64,000 bases of DNA from Azolla caroliniana (taxonomy: Eukaryota; Plantae; Polypodiophyta), in contig JBHGNT010000013.1 of NCBI GenBank assembly GCA_043228905.1, positions 20,398,001 through 20,462,000 on the forward strand, read 5' to 3'. The notes beneath the pieces are model-generated. The model was not told the DNA's origin. It searched no databases and worked only from the letters and a program-made list of their open reading frames with translations. The number at the start of each line of letters is the position of its first letter. The stretch's first letter is position 1. The translations under genes were made by a program, and so were the position numbers. This document shows positions 19,371 through 33,100 of this stretch, in pieces.

Positions 19371-22300
19371 CAAAGTCAAGGGGGAGGCCCACTTGCTTCT
19401 ATTGCGGCAAGCCGGGACACTTCCAAAAGAACTGTCGGCATTTCCGAAAAGATAAGGAGACCGACGGTACCGATTCGAAGCGGACCCCGAACCGGAACGG
19501 TAAAGACCGGAGGGGGCCGGACCGGAAGGGAACAACGGCAATCGCGGCAAGTGAAGAAGAGTTGATGCTCATCACCGAGGAGAGTGAGATAAACCTTGCC
19601 GGCGACGAGATGACCTGGGTGGTAGACTCCAGAGCATCGTTCCACCTTACCCCGGACCGGAAATGCTTCTCATCTTACTCAGCCGGTGATCACGGCTGTG
19701 TCCGGATGGGGAATGAAGGTACATGCCGAATTGTCGGCATAGGAGACGCGTGGCTGTCAACACCAACCGAATGCAAGTTGCTGTTGAAGGATGTCCGACA
19801 CGTTCCGGAGGTTCGTCTGAACCTGATATCAGCCGATCGGCTAGATGATGAAGGCTACACAGGCAGCATCCGGAACGGTGTCATGAAGTTCAGCAAAGGG
19901 AGCCTGGTTGTGGCTCGAGCCCGGAAGGTCAACACACTTTACCTGATGAATGCCCGGTTATGTCCAGAGGAAGTGAACATGGCATCCGACACTGTCGGCG
20001 AGCTGTGGCACAAGAGGCTGTGTCATATGAGCGAGAAGAGGATGAAGAGGCTTGCAGACGACAACCTCATTCCAGTGAAGAACGTGCACTTAGAGAAGTG
20101 CACTGATTGTCTGGCCGGTAAGCAAAATCGGACCTCTTTCCGACCAAGGCCACCGATGAGACGTAATGCACCACTGGAGTTGGTGCATACGGATGTGTGT
20201 CAAGTAGACACGAAGTCACATGCCGCAGCGCAGTACTTCGTGACGTTCATAGATGACCACAGCCGGAAGCTGTGGGCCACACCGCTGAAGACGAAGGATC
20301 AGGTGCTATCCGTCTTTAAAGAGCTCCACGCGAGAGTGGAAAGAGAAACCGGCCGGAAGCTGAAGGCGGTTCGAGCAGATAACGGAGGAGAATACCGGGG
20401 GCAGTTCGAGGAGTACTGCCGCTCGAAGGGAATCCGGCTCGAATTTACCGTGCCGAAGACGCCGAAACTAAACGGACTGGCCGAGAGGATGAACCAGACC
20501 ATAATGGAGAGGGTCCAGAGTATGCTAGCGCATGCAAAACTACCCAAGAAGTTTTGGGTTGAGGCACTGTCGACGGCGACATATGTGATAAAGAGATCAC
20601 CCTCAGTACCCTTGGACGGAGACACGCCACAGAGAGTATGGACCGGTAAGGAAGTGTCCTACCGGCATCTGAAGGTGTTCGGGTGTCGCGTGTACGTGCA
20701 TGTAGCTAAGGAACGGAGAGGAAAGTTAGATCCAAAGACCCGGCCATGCATATTCCTCGGTTACGGTGACAATGAGTTCGGCTACCGAGTGTGGGACCCG
20801 GTCGACAAGAAGGTATTCTGGAGTCGAGATATTATCTTCATGGAGAACAAGACGCTCACCGACTGGGAGTCGGAGAAGAAGATAATGAACTCCGAGTCGA
20901 CCGGTAAGGATCGACTCTACGATGAGCAGACCCAACCGGCAAGAGACCGGTTAGCACTCGAGGGACCAGCCGGTTATGGTGAGGATACCGAACAGGCTGA
21001 AGAAGAAGTTGTGGAAGCTGAAACCGGAACCGGCCAAGACCCCGAATCGGATTCGGATGAAGAGCAAGTGGAGGAGCTGGTTACCGAAGCCCGAAGATGG
21101 AGATATCCTCTCAGAGAGAGAAGGGCCCCCCGGAGATTTCCGGATGCAGAGCATGTTCTGCTGACCGATGAGGGGGAGCCGGAAAGCTTCGAAGAAGCGA
21201 AGAATGACACCCACAGCCGAAAATAGTTAAGTGTCATGCAAGACGAGATGGATTCCCTACATGAGAACCATACGTACGAATTGGTGGAGTTGCCGAAAGG
21301 AAAGCGGGCACTCTGAAACAAGTGAGTGTACAAGTTGAAACCGGGAGATGTCGGCAACCCCCCGAGATACAAAGCCAGGATTGTGGTGAAGGGGTTCCAG
21401 CAGAAGAAGGGCGTGGACTTCGATGAGATATTTGCCCCAGTAGTAAAGATGACCTCCATCCGAACGGTGCTGAGTATAGCGGCAAGCATGGACCTCGAGG
21501 TAGAGCAGTTAGACGTGAAGACGGCATTCCTTCACGGCGACCTCGAAGAGGAGATCTACATGCAGCAACCGGAAGGATTCGTGGAGAAAGGGAAGGAGCA
21601 CCTGGTTTGCCGGTTGAAGAAGAGCCTCTACGGGTTGAAGCAGGCCCCCCGGCAATGGTACCGGAAGTTCGATTCCTTCATGACTGATCAAGGGTACCAC
21701 AAGACGCAGGCCGATCACTGCGTGTTTGTGAAGAAGTTTGAAGGAGGCGACTTCCTGATACTCCTTCTATACGTGGATGACATGTTGATCGTCGGACGTG
21801 ACCAAGTCAAAATACAGTTGCTGAAGAAGGCTCTCAACCGGACCTTCTCAATGAAAGACTTGGGTCCGGCAAGACAGATGTTGGGGATGCACATCATTCG
21901 GGACCGGTCAAAGAAGTAATTATGGCTGTCATAGGAGAAGTACGTGACAAAGGTGCTTCACCGGTTCAACATGTCAGAAGCGAAACCGGTCGAATCGACA
22001 CTTCCGACAAACTGCAGGCTATCCGGTAAGCAAAGCCCGAAGACGAAAGCAGAGAAGGCGGATATGGTGAAGATTCCATATGCCTCTGCCGTCGGGAGCT
22101 TGATGTACGCAATGGTTTGTACCTAACCGGACATAGGATACGCAATCGGAGTGGTGAGCCGGTTCATGAGCAATCCCGGCAAGGAGCACTGGAACGCGGT
22201 CAAATGGATACTCCGGTATTTGAAGGGCACTTCAAATATGTGTCTCCGATTCGGCTCCGGAAAACCTCAACTGGACGGTTTCACCGATTCGGACATGTCG

Positions 22301-22747
22301 GCTGATGTGGATACCAGCCGGTCTACATCCAGGTATGTAATGACATATGCAGGGGGAGCTGTTTCGTGGCAGTCGAGGCTGCAAAAGACGGTTGCGTTGT
22401 CAACCACAGAGGCGGAGTACATGGCGGCTGTGGAAGCCGGCAAGGAAATCTTATGGATGAAGGACTTCATCGGAGAGCTCGGTATCCAGCAAGATGAATA
22501 CCGGCTCTATTGCGACCGTCAAAGTGTCATCCACCTTGCTAAGAATGCAGCCTACCATTCCCGGACGAAGCATATCCAGCGAAGATATCACTGGATCCGG
22601 GAAAGAGTAGATGACCAAGAGTTCGCACTGTCGAAGATCCACACGGCCGAGAACGGGTCAGATATGCTGACCAAAGTTTTGATACCCGACAAGCTGGATG
22701 CATGCCGGAAGCGGATCGGACTGGTAAGACACCCCATGCCAGAGTGA
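19371..22747 (+). pseudogene. pol: Copia A gag C-terminus and pol, with several nonsense mutations
   Basis: Colinear with the Copia C ORF; premature stops at about 21224, 21314, 21323, 21917 and 22124. Confidence 0.92.
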
Positions 22748-22757
22748 AGGGGGAGTT

Positions 22758-23687
22758 TGTTGGGAGACAGGTCCCTCCGGATGGGAAGAGTGAAGAACAG
22801 TGTCGATGAACAAACTCGGTCGAGGCCGACAGGCCGAGTCTGGAACCGGATGAGGAGTACCCGGCTACGGAGAGACGGATGGTGTAGATCCGGTGAGAAC
22901 CGGATGAGGAGTACCCGGCTACGGAGAGCCGGATGGTGTAGACCCGGTGGGAACCGGATGAGGAGTACCCGGCTATGGAGAGCCAGATGGTGCAGACCCG
23001 GTGAGAACCGGATGAGGAGTACCCGGCTACGGAGAGCCGGATAGTGCAGACCCGGTGAGAACCGGATGAGGAGTACCCGGCTACGGAGAGCCGGATAGTG
23101 CAGACCCGGTGAGAACCGGATGAGGAGTACCCGGCTACGGAGAGCCGGATGGTGCAGACCCGGTGAGAACCGGATGAGGAGTACCCGGCTACGGAGAGCC
23201 AGATGGTGCAGACCCGGTGAGAACCGGATGAAGAGACATATTCGTAAATATGTTTCTGAGAGTCCATCGAGGCTATATTTGTAAATAGCCGAAAAGTCAT
23301 ATTAGTATAAATATGACTTAGGGCAAACTTATAGTGACTGTTGTTGTTGTTTTTTTTCTTGTTGGCGCAAGAAGAAGAAGAGAGAGCACGTAACAATGTA
23401 TAGAGAGAGAGAAAGAGGTCGTTGCCTCTGTAGTAACCGCCGCCTGTGGCGAAGATCGTGAGCATGAGGTCGTTGCCTCCGTGAACTCACTGTTTGTACA
23501 TTCCAACATAGTGATAGCTTGCAACCTGTGGGCTGCCGTGGTTTTTCCCTGAGTTTGGGTTTTTCCACGTAAACATCCTGCGTACTCTTCTCTTCCATTG
23601 TGTCGTTCTTTATTTCCCGTTTTCTGTGTATGATCCTAAGCTCGGTTGTGGCCGAGCGTTGCGTATAGGGAGCATTCAGTTCCGACA
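22758..23687 (+). repeat. Copia A 3' LTR (930 bp) with seven 54-bp units at 22843-23220
   Basis: Direct repeat of 6847-7680. Confidence 0.95.
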
Positions 23688-23810
23688 CTAATGGACCAAT
23701 TTCGTCAAGGTCTGTGCAACGGGGTGAATGATTTACGTCTTATCTTCCCTAATGATCCAAAATCTCTTACTAAAGCAATAAGTTGGGTCGTGTGTTGTGG
23801 CAAACGCTTA
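23688..23810 (+). pseudogene. gag: Gypsy gag relic, 3' continuation
   Basis: LMDQFRQGLCNGVNDLRLIFPNDPKSLTKAIS aligns to element B LMEQFRYGLRNDVKDLLLTFPEEPKSLTEAIS. Confidence 0.8.
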
Positions 23811-23819
23811 TCTTATTTG

Positions 23820-26800
23820 ACCAATAAGATAACCTACATTCTTACATCCCCATACCCATATATGAACATTAGACATTCACAAAGCACAAGGTTTACCTTT
23901 GAAGGATCACAAACACTACCTTTGGCGGAGCAATTGAAATAATACAATAGTTTTGTAACATTTCAATTTCATTACTTTCCTAAACATGCGCATAAACACA
24001 TACTTCTTTGTGCTTTACTTTTGATACAAAGTTCCTTCCATATAGCTTACCAATGTTTGCTCCAAAATTTTAAAAAGCTTGTAACACAAAGAACTAATCA
24101 AATTGTTATGTTTGTAGAAAGAACATTGTTAGCTTGGTTTTGGTGACAACCGCGTCACTAACGTTGGACCACAATTTAGGACAAGCCTACTACATCTTTT
24201 CAAAAAATCAAATAATTCCATCAAAGATCGTACTTGAAGAAGCAAAAAATGGATGGAATGAAGAACACGTGAGATAAAAAGTACAAGTCGATTGAAAGGT
24301 AATCTATCCCCTTTATTCTCTTCAAGAAAATGGTAGGGCTTGTGAAATAGATGCATCTAGTTCCCACCTTGGACAAAAAACACATATTAAATATAGTAGA
24401 AAGTTGGGCCATTAGGCAAATAAAAACCACTTGAGCAAAAGAAGGATTCCATCATTCGAATGTGAACTATGAAATGTGATACCGACTTCTAAAAAGAAGG
24501 GTATTGATGTGTGTGAGAATGCATCCTTGCTTGTATAGTCTACAATCCCTTCAAGTCACAATGAACAAAGGAGAAACATAGGTTAATGATATTGATTGAT
24601 CTATCTTTGGATCTTCATAGTTGGGCACCCAATCATTACCCTTTTTATTGGTGGAATTTGGTGATAGTAGACCCACATCAAATCACTTGACAACATAAAA
24701 TTTGAACTACCCAAATGCAGAACAACCTAATGTTGGTTGTGACTCATGAGCAATCAAATGAGTGTTGGATTGGTGGAAGCTTCACAATCAACTTTCCAAC
24801 AAGACAATGTATAGAGAAAAGATTAAAGTTTTCTTTAGTGTTGGATTGAGAATGAGTACTGGACAAGCACATATATATTGGGTGAAAGTATGCTACAATG
24901 TAACCATCAAGTAATGAGACACCTTAATAAAAGTACGTGTGCTACTATCAAATGAGAACAATTCTATATTATAGTTAACCCAAAGTAATTCAAATATGTT
25001 TCGTGACAAATTATAGATATACACTTCACACACAAATACAAGAAAACATAGACATTACAACTCATATTGGTGGTCACGGGTACCATTGGTATGTATTTCT
25101 AAAAATATTATGTTATGCGCTTTGTTTTCAAGTAAAGGGGTTTATTCACTTTTTTACCAAGAGTATAATATGATAATTTTAGAAATATAAATGTTGGGAT
25201 CAATACCCCTCTTAGTATTTAGTATTGATATTTTTACCGTGTATGTATGTATGCATCATTTACACAATGTGTACTTAGAACCCACATACATCAAATCTCA
25301 TGATTACATGATATTTGAATCGTCCAAAAGAACAAGAACGTGACTCCTTTCTTATCATCTTTGTTATTTGCATCTCCCAATTATTTATATTTATGTGAAT
25401 GCATTAAGTTGTCACAGTTTGAGTATCTCAAAACTCGTAGGACTATCATGTAAATAATATCACCAAAAAGAATTGACAAATGGAGTTGCTCATTTACTCG
25501 TGGAAAACTTGAAAATCAATCAAAATCATTATTTCTCATGTAGATATACACTTTTCATATATGGGTGCCCACCATTGGAGATACTCAATGGAACTAACTA
25601 TTGGTGGGTATCTACTATCAACTACTATGTTTGGACAATAACCAATGCATAGAATAGTTATTGGCTAGGTACATTTTACCATCATTTGTTACATTAAGAC
25701 AAACTCGTGCTTAATTTATTGATGTTGATTGCACTTGTGTTGCAGTGGAAATGTTGACTTCTATTTGCAATGGCATATTGTTCATCATGGTGACATCAAT
25801 GACAAGCTTACAATTACAACTACTTCATTAGGTTCAGAGTTGGATAGATGACACAAGGTGTCATGTGATGATGACCAATCTCTTCGTATGAACAACAAAA
25901 TTCAAATCCATGCATAATCCCTAAATGCATGTAGGTTTATTTTATCACTAGCTTTAGTGTGTTTCTCTTGAGGAAGCCATGTATTATCTCTAATAGCATG
26001 CAAGTTTACTTTATCACTCGCTTTAGCTTGCTTCTCTCAAGGAAGCCATGTATTATCTCTAAAGGCATGCAAGTTTTTTTATCACTAGCTTTTGCTTGTT
26101 TCTCTTGAGGAAACAATGTATTATCTCTAAAAGGAATGACAGTTAATTTTAGCATGCCTCTCTCAACAAACCTTGCATTGCAGTTCTTGAAAACATCAAT
26201 ATGCTTCTTGTTAGAAGTGGGTTCACATTTCATAGTTCACATTCGAATGATGGAATCCTTCTTTTGCTCAAGTGGCTTTTATTTGCCTAATGGCCCAACT
26301 TTTTACTATATTTAATATGTGTCCTTTGTCCAAAGTGAGAACCAGATGCATCTACTTCACAAGCCCTACTATTTTCTTGAAGAGAATAAAGGGGATAGAT
26401 TACCTTTCAAGCGACTTGTACTTTTTATCTCACGTGTTCTTCATTCCATACATTTTTTGCTTCTTCAAGTATGTTCGTTGATGGAATTATTCGATTTTTT
26501 GAAAAGATGTAGTAGGCTTGTCCTAAATTGTGGTCCAATGTTGGTGAAGCAGTTGTCCCCAAAACCAAGTTAACAATGTTTTTTCTACAAACATAACAAC
26601 TTGATTAGTTCTTTGTGTTACAAGCTTTATAAAGTTTCCAAACATGAATTTCTTGAGCAAACATTGGTAAGCTATATGGAAGGAACTTTGTATCAAAAGA
26701 AAAACACAAAGAAGTGTGTGTTTATGCACATGTCTAGGAAAGTAATGAAATTGAAATGTTACAATAACTATTGTATTATTTCAATTGCTCATCCAAAGGT

Positions 26801-26898
26801 AGTGTTTGTGATCCTTCAAAGGTAAACATTCTGCTTTGTCAAGGTCTAAAGTTCATATATGTATATGGGCATGTAAGAATGTAGGTTATCTTATTGGT
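23820..26898. repeat. Long inverted repeat: arms about 23820-24510 and 26195-26898, spacer about 1.7 kb
   Basis: Arms are reverse complements; ORFs 24221-24430(-) and 26272-26481(+) translate almost identically. Confidence 0.85.
25940..26145. repeat. Three degenerate tandem copies of a ~69-bp unit
   Basis: TTTATCACT...GGAA..ATGTATTATCTCTAA recurs near 25940, 26010 and 26078. Confidence 0.75.
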
Positions 26899-27147
26899 AA
26901 TGGGGAAGTTGCCCCTCTAGGTAGTGGTTGTGGTTTTTCACATGATAGCCTAGAGGAAACGCTTGTGCTTATGGCACACACATCATAAGTATGAGCATTT
27001 TATGCTCACTTGGGTTGTTCAAGCACCGAACGGGAGAAATGAGATGAATAGGATTGTCCTAAATAGACAATTCGTTGAGAAGAAGGATCCCAAGCGTCAA
27101 CCAATCTCCATCAATCACATGGCCCATCAATTATCCTTGGAGAACAT

Positions 27148-27701
27148 TTTTTATTTTATTTTTTCAAATATTTTCTTCAATAATCTTAAGAAAAAACGCC
27201 TGAAGGCTACAACTTGAGCTTGTCTGCCTAGAAGTTTACAACTTGTTATGCACAATGATGTACAATAATCCTAAGACCAAAGGTAGGACTTTGTAGAAGG
27301 TGTTGGAATTTGCTGATGTACGCTGCCATGATTTACTTATATTCAAGAAAGGGTCCATCGAAGTCGATAGTGTCATTGAGTCCCTTGAGGTCACTCTGTA
27401 AACAAGGGCAACTTTTTCCATAAGTGAAGAAGCATCTTCCTTCTCTTGTTCAAAGTCTCTAGGGAACCATGCATATTGTCATACTGGCCACGGACTACTG
27501 CCAGCAAGTTCTCGCATATCTCAAGTAGGACATCTGAGAGACGAAGATCTGTTGCATCATAAAGCCGGTTACATCGACATTTCCATAATGCCCATAACGT
27601 TACCGTAGTCATTGTTTTCCAAACTTGGACAGATTGCACCTGCTTTCGAGGTTGCTGAAAGGGGCTAACTAATATCAATCTTCTATTATATACCATCATA
27701 A
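27148..27701 (-). mobile_element. 5'-truncated L1-like LINE 3' end, copy 1
   Basis: ORF2 tail LWALWKCRCNRLYD; A-rich tail (T-rich on plus) at 27148; ~15-bp TSD ATCCTTGGAGAACAT / ATCATTGGCGAACAT. Confidence 0.7.
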
Positions 27702-28125
27702 ATCATTGGCGAACATAATTCCTATACATGTTTCATGATTAACCTCTAAAAGGAAGGCACCTCTAAAACAATTGATGTAGATTGAAACCTTCAAGAGAAA
27801 TTTGGACCCCAAAATAACTTATAAGAACTCATGATTTTAAGGAAGAATATATATATATATTCATATATGCTTTTGACATTCCTAGGACATAGGTTGATAG
27901 AAAATTGACATCTTCAATACACGATTCATTCGTTGCACCCGTGATAATTCAATGAGCTCTATATGTGAAAAAACATTAGTTATTCCATCTTCCTCCAATG
28001 CTATAACTCTCGATGTTAATTGTCAAATGATAATTTTTGAATGTTTATCAGATAGTTGTACACCTTAAGATCCATAAACCTTTCGAATTTGATCGATTGA
28101 AACCAAATTATACGTGTTTTGTTAT

Positions 28126-28252
28126 TCCAAATTATAAGGCGTTAGATTTTTTTTGTCACTGTGCCACCCTTATTCATGTCATTGGAGGCTCCAAATTATA
28201 AGATGTTAGTTTTTTTGGGTCACGATGCACCCTTATCCATGTCATTGGAGGC
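28126..28252. repeat. Tandem duplication, ~63-bp unit
   Basis: TCCAAATTATAAG...CATGTCATTGGAGGC present twice. Confidence 0.7.
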
Positions 28253-28847
28253 AACCACATTTTGTTCTACAAGTCATTCCTTTATGGGTAGACCCTATCC
28301 TTCACCTTCATAAAGTCTAGACTAAAATAATTATGATCTTTTATGCTATCTAAATGTGCATCAAATATGTGTGCATTTGCATCATAAGCGGCAAGCCAAG
28401 TGCATAGTACATCTTGTCTTATATAAGAAATTCAAATCGTGTAAATCTACAACAGTTAACAAGTTGGTGTGAGTTGATAGCACGATATCTTGGGTCTATT
28501 GCTACAAATAATTACTCCCTTAAATACTTTGGCTAACAGTTGCCACCTATCACTAAGACCAAATTCATCATTGTCCAAAGTCACTTTTATCATGAATAAA
28601 TGCAATGATTTCATGTCGTGCGTTAACATGTAATGTCTTGTTTAATGGATTCATTCATTTTAAGTAAACCCCAACATTATTATTGTCGTTATTCTTGATA
28701 AATCTATTGTTGCATTGTTTGCGCAATTGTGTGTGCATATAGTTCAAAGTTTTATTCAAAGAAACATGACATAATGTAAAATGTCGGTTGCATATATATG
28801 TACAATCTATGGGAAATTGTCGTTATTAGTATGGCTCTATACGTCAC

Positions 28848-29473
28848 TAGCAATGGGCCCGGTTTCGGCTCAAACCGAACCGAACCGTTCAGCCATATTT
28901 TAAAGGTTTATAAGTTCCAAAATAATTAAATGGTTTGGTTTGGTTTAAATTATTAATGAACGGTTCGGTTTTAGTTCTGTTTGGTTCTGAAACTAGGGTT
29001 TATCGGTTTATAGGTTTACGTGGTTTGGTTTAAAGGTTTATAGGTTTTTGGGCTAACTTTTTTTATCTCCCTTAAATGTTAATGTAATGCAATGGTTTAA
29101 TTAATGTTTTTTATTGATTTAATTCACTTAACTTAAATGTTTATTTAATCTAATGGTTTAATTAATGTTTATTTATTTATTTAAACATAAATTTTTATTT
29201 AATTTAGTGTATTTTTACTTAGTTAATTTTTTAATTAGTTTGTCTTAAATGTGGTTAGGTTTAAACTTTTTATTAAATGGCTCGGTTTGGTTTCAACTTT
29301 TCCCTAAACGGTTTTGGTTTAAAAAGTTTGGTTTACCTTTTCTTAAATGGTTTGGTTTAATGGCTTGAAAGTTCATAAATGGTTTGGTTTGGTTTTTATT
29401 TTATATAGATGGTTTGGTTCAGTTCGTTTTGGTTTCAAGGCAAAGAAACCGAACCGAACAGGGCCCATTCCTA
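28848..29473. mobile_element. Non-autonomous hAT element / MITE (626 bp)
   Basis: TIRs TAGCAATGGGCCC / GGGCCCATTCCTA; perfect 8-bp TSD TACGTCAC (28840-28847, 29474-29481); many subterminal AACCG/GGTTT motifs. Confidence 0.9.
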
Positions 29474-32400
29474 TACGTCACCATAAAATGGAAGAGGGAA
29501 GCATATAAATATCTAAGGCATCTTACATCACTATTTGCCTTTTTATGGTCATTATGTGCAAGAAAAAGGATGGTATAGAACATTAAGTGTTGAGAAATTT
29601 AAATAAAACTTTCTAATGTTGGTTGGGATACACTTTGTGCAAAGCTTTTTGGGGAAACCTATTTATGCCTTGTCAGAACTTGAATATGATTGTAAAAAAG
29701 AAAACAAATTGGCGAACATGAGGAGCATAGTGTTTAATAGTCACATAACAAATAAAGTGTTGTGGCACAACAGTGACATGCACTTGTAGCATGAGTTATT
29801 TCTTATTGTCATCGTCAAATAAAGGACGTTACGAAGTTCAATTTAAAACATCCCTTTATAACTTAAATTGAGTTATCCAATTCTGAAACAAATTGATACA
29901 AACATCCAAACATCTAAACATCTTCAACCCTACTAATCTAGCTTCACATATGTTGAAGTTTGGTGAGAGTTTACAAAGGAATCATCTAACTATTGACAAT
30001 CTTAAACCTTCATTCATGTTAGGAGAAAGTAGAGTCAACGTAGTGATGATAGGAAGAGGAGCATATTTCATGGACCACATCAAAAGAAGAAAGAAGAAAC
30101 TTATGCATGTTATTGTCAACAACGTGAATTTGCAATTGATGTCTATGAATATGTATGCTTATTGTTAGCAAAAGTTGAACTTCGAGTCAATTATGTTATC
30201 ATTGACATGATAAAAAAGAGGTGCATAGGACCTTATTCTTATTAATAAACAACATCCAAGTCATTACACAAGGGAGGAACTGTAAATGAGATGTTCTATA
30301 TATATATATGCCATTTTGTGCTGGATAGAAGTTGTGAATTAGTGTTTAAGAGCAATGAGAATCGACTCTAACGTAAATTGCTTTTACGCCCCTCATGAGG
30401 CGAAAAATAATCATATAAGATCTACCTCCAAATAGCTACAGGAACTAGAATATTATAAGCCCACTTACTGATGAAGAGTAGAGGAACTTATTTCTGCATG
30501 GCATGAAAGTGATAAATTGGAAATAATTAGCATCTAGAGTCCAATGTAAACATGTGATACAACAATCGACAAATGAAGCAATTAAGTGGGAGGGGATGCA
30601 TTAAGTGTTTATGGAATCAATGCAACCGAACAATTACACAATAAATGAGGGAAAAAAGTGTAACCAAAGGGAATTGAAATAATGATAAGAGAGTTCTATA
30701 TGTGTACTCATGTTCGTGTCTTATGCATATGTGAATGTGTGCTTTAGATCAACATCTATGCATGTGTGTATGTGTGTACATGTTGTCTCATGAAGGGTGT
30801 TAACAACTATGGTAGTTGTTAAAACATTGAGAAGGATTGGCTTTAATTAAGTGTAGTTTTTTATGTCCATCCACCAATAATGATAAGGAAGCTTATCTAT
30901 ATATTGGGTACACCACTCTTAAGGATAGCCTCCAAGTACGATCAAGATTAGATCATAAAGCAAATATAGTTTGGTCCTCTTTATAAAATTTCAAATTCTC
31001 ACGTCCTGACTAACCCAAAGAAAGCATCAAAAAAGTTAGAACACATAATGTAATTTGGACTAGACATAAATATGAATTGGTGGTGGTGGCCCGTGGGTTT
31101 GGTTTTCAAGTAGTCTTGAAGAAATTAAAAGCCCTTTGTTTATATTGATAAAAAAAATGAACAATCTTGGAACTTGCCAAAATTATGACACGATGGGCTT
31201 TTGGAGATTTGTTCACAAAAGGTATTATGTGACACATTACCCATTTGGTGTCCAATCGATCTCATGCCAATCTTGAACAAATTGTTTTGTCAAATTGATT
31301 GGTAATTGCCTAAAGGTTGTCTTATATCATGGCTTGCTTCCCATGTACTTGTTTAGTGGTAGGTATTGTGGTTACACAACACAATCTTGTATGCAAATTT
31401 CTCGCATCATTTACCAATTATATGGAACAATAAAAAGTGTGACCTCTTTGCATGAGTTTTTTGTGGTTAGGGAAAACTCTCTTCGGTCAGCCATACGTTG
31501 ACGACTTATTTTCACATGAAACAATATTGCTCAGGATTTGCAATCTAAGATGGGAACTTCAAACTTTTTACTTTAATGATTATGTTTGTCTATTATTGGT
31601 AACTTTGTCATGAGAGAGATATTTAGGTGACGATCAATGTTACTTTTCTTACAACAATCTACTTTTCGTTCTTTAGCTTTATATGGTAGGACCTAGGTTT
31701 TGCTACTTTTGCATGGGTCCAATTTTGATCTCTAAAATTGTGGACTATGTGTACTGAGCTCTTTTTCTCTGAGATGATTCCTTTCTTTTTGTCACGTTCC
31801 TTTTGCCATCGGTGGGCATTTGTATGCCCTATTATTCAATCCAACATGTTATAGATCATCTTACCAAGCTCTTCAAATTTGAGGTTTTCCAACAATAATA
31901 GCATGTGTATTATGTGTGTCTACTTGTTCATCTATGTGACAATGTACGATGGGATATGTGTGCTTGAACAATGAAAAGCATGGTTCCAACTTCCGAGTCT
32001 GGACATGTGGGCAATCTAGTTATGAATTTCTAGTATAGATTATTTGATGGCCTTATTTTGTGTTTTACTAGTGTGTATTCCTATCGTGATGTGGTTTGGT
32101 GTCAAAAACATTGTGCAACTTTATTGAGAAGTTTTTTCTATTAGCTCATAAAAGGTTATTAGCACCATTTTTCTTATCCAATACACATTGTCTTTATCTT
32201 GATAGTGTAACTAAAGGTTTTGTGAATCATTTTCATGTGCACACTGCACACTATCATATCTTGTCGATCTTATGCACATCTTAATACATAGCAGTAAAGC
32301 AAAGCATGTGCCAAATATTAAGTATTCATGGACGATTTGAGTAAGGAAAGTAGTTATAGTTCCAAAACACAAATAGTATGTAGAATATCCAATTTAATGT

Positions 32401-32746
32401 GAATTCATGCTTCATACATACTTTGTCTTCTTAAAGTAAGGTTGTTGGTTGGCTAATTATTATTTTGTAGGTTTGTTATTTGATTGTTGGGGGTGCCACA
32501 AGTAAATTGTATTCGTCTTTTTGTGTATCCAAGCCCTCGAAGGTTCCTTGATGATCCATTAGTAAACTAGAACCCTTTTTTCATTGTCCACCTTTTTATG
32601 CAATTTTCTATTTTAATGTTTATTATTTGTTAATTGAACAAAGTTGGACACGTTAGTTCTTCTTACTTTAAAAAATTAGGTTTGATTCTTCGAGCATAAA
32701 GAAGATAGTTAAATAAAACATCTAGAATGTGTGTGTGTGTGAGTTT

Positions 32747-33100
32747 TGTTGAAAATCAAACTCAACTTCCCTAGTGTGGGAACACACCTTAGGAATAGCC
32801 AAGTGTGTGAACACCCCACTACGTTGTATCTTAACTAATGTGTCATAGAAGTTAAGTCCTATAACACACAGTTACTAGGTAGTTAAGTCTCCACCTCCTT
32901 CCCAAGAGGTGGTTGTAGTGAGAGAACATAGAGAGAAGATGTCTACATAAACACCTCCTCCCCTTCTTGTAATGTTAGATGTTATTATTATCTTGTTAAT
33001 ACAGTTTTACTATTTTATGTATATATTGTGTTATCTCTCTCTCACACACACACACATACATACACTTTCCGCTGCACTGAATCACACTCGATTCTTTACA
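32747..33100. repeat. LTR-like dispersed repeat, copy 2 (inverted relative to 5919-6243); probable solo LTR
   Basis: TGTTGAAAATC...GATTCTTTACA; flanks AGTTT / TGTTT match at 4 of 5 positions. Confidence 0.65.

Larger units (their letters stand above)
6847..23687 (+). mobile_element. Ty1/Copia element A (Tnt1/Tto1-like), decayed, hosting Gypsy B
   Basis: LTRs 6847-7680 and 22758-23687 (TGTTGG...CCGACA); TSD CTAAT (6842-6846, 23688-23692); PBS TGGTATCAGAGC 7683-7694; PPT about 22745-22757. Confidence 0.95.

Noticed and set aside
22539-23465. 308-aa minus-strand ORF with 18-aa repeats (also 6842-7363)
   Set aside because: By-product of the 54-bp LTR tandem array; frame is not kept between the two LTRs.
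24755-24810. hAT dimerisation-like LDWWKLH peptide in the inverted-repeat spacer
   Set aside because: Too short and surrounded by stops to support a transposase call.
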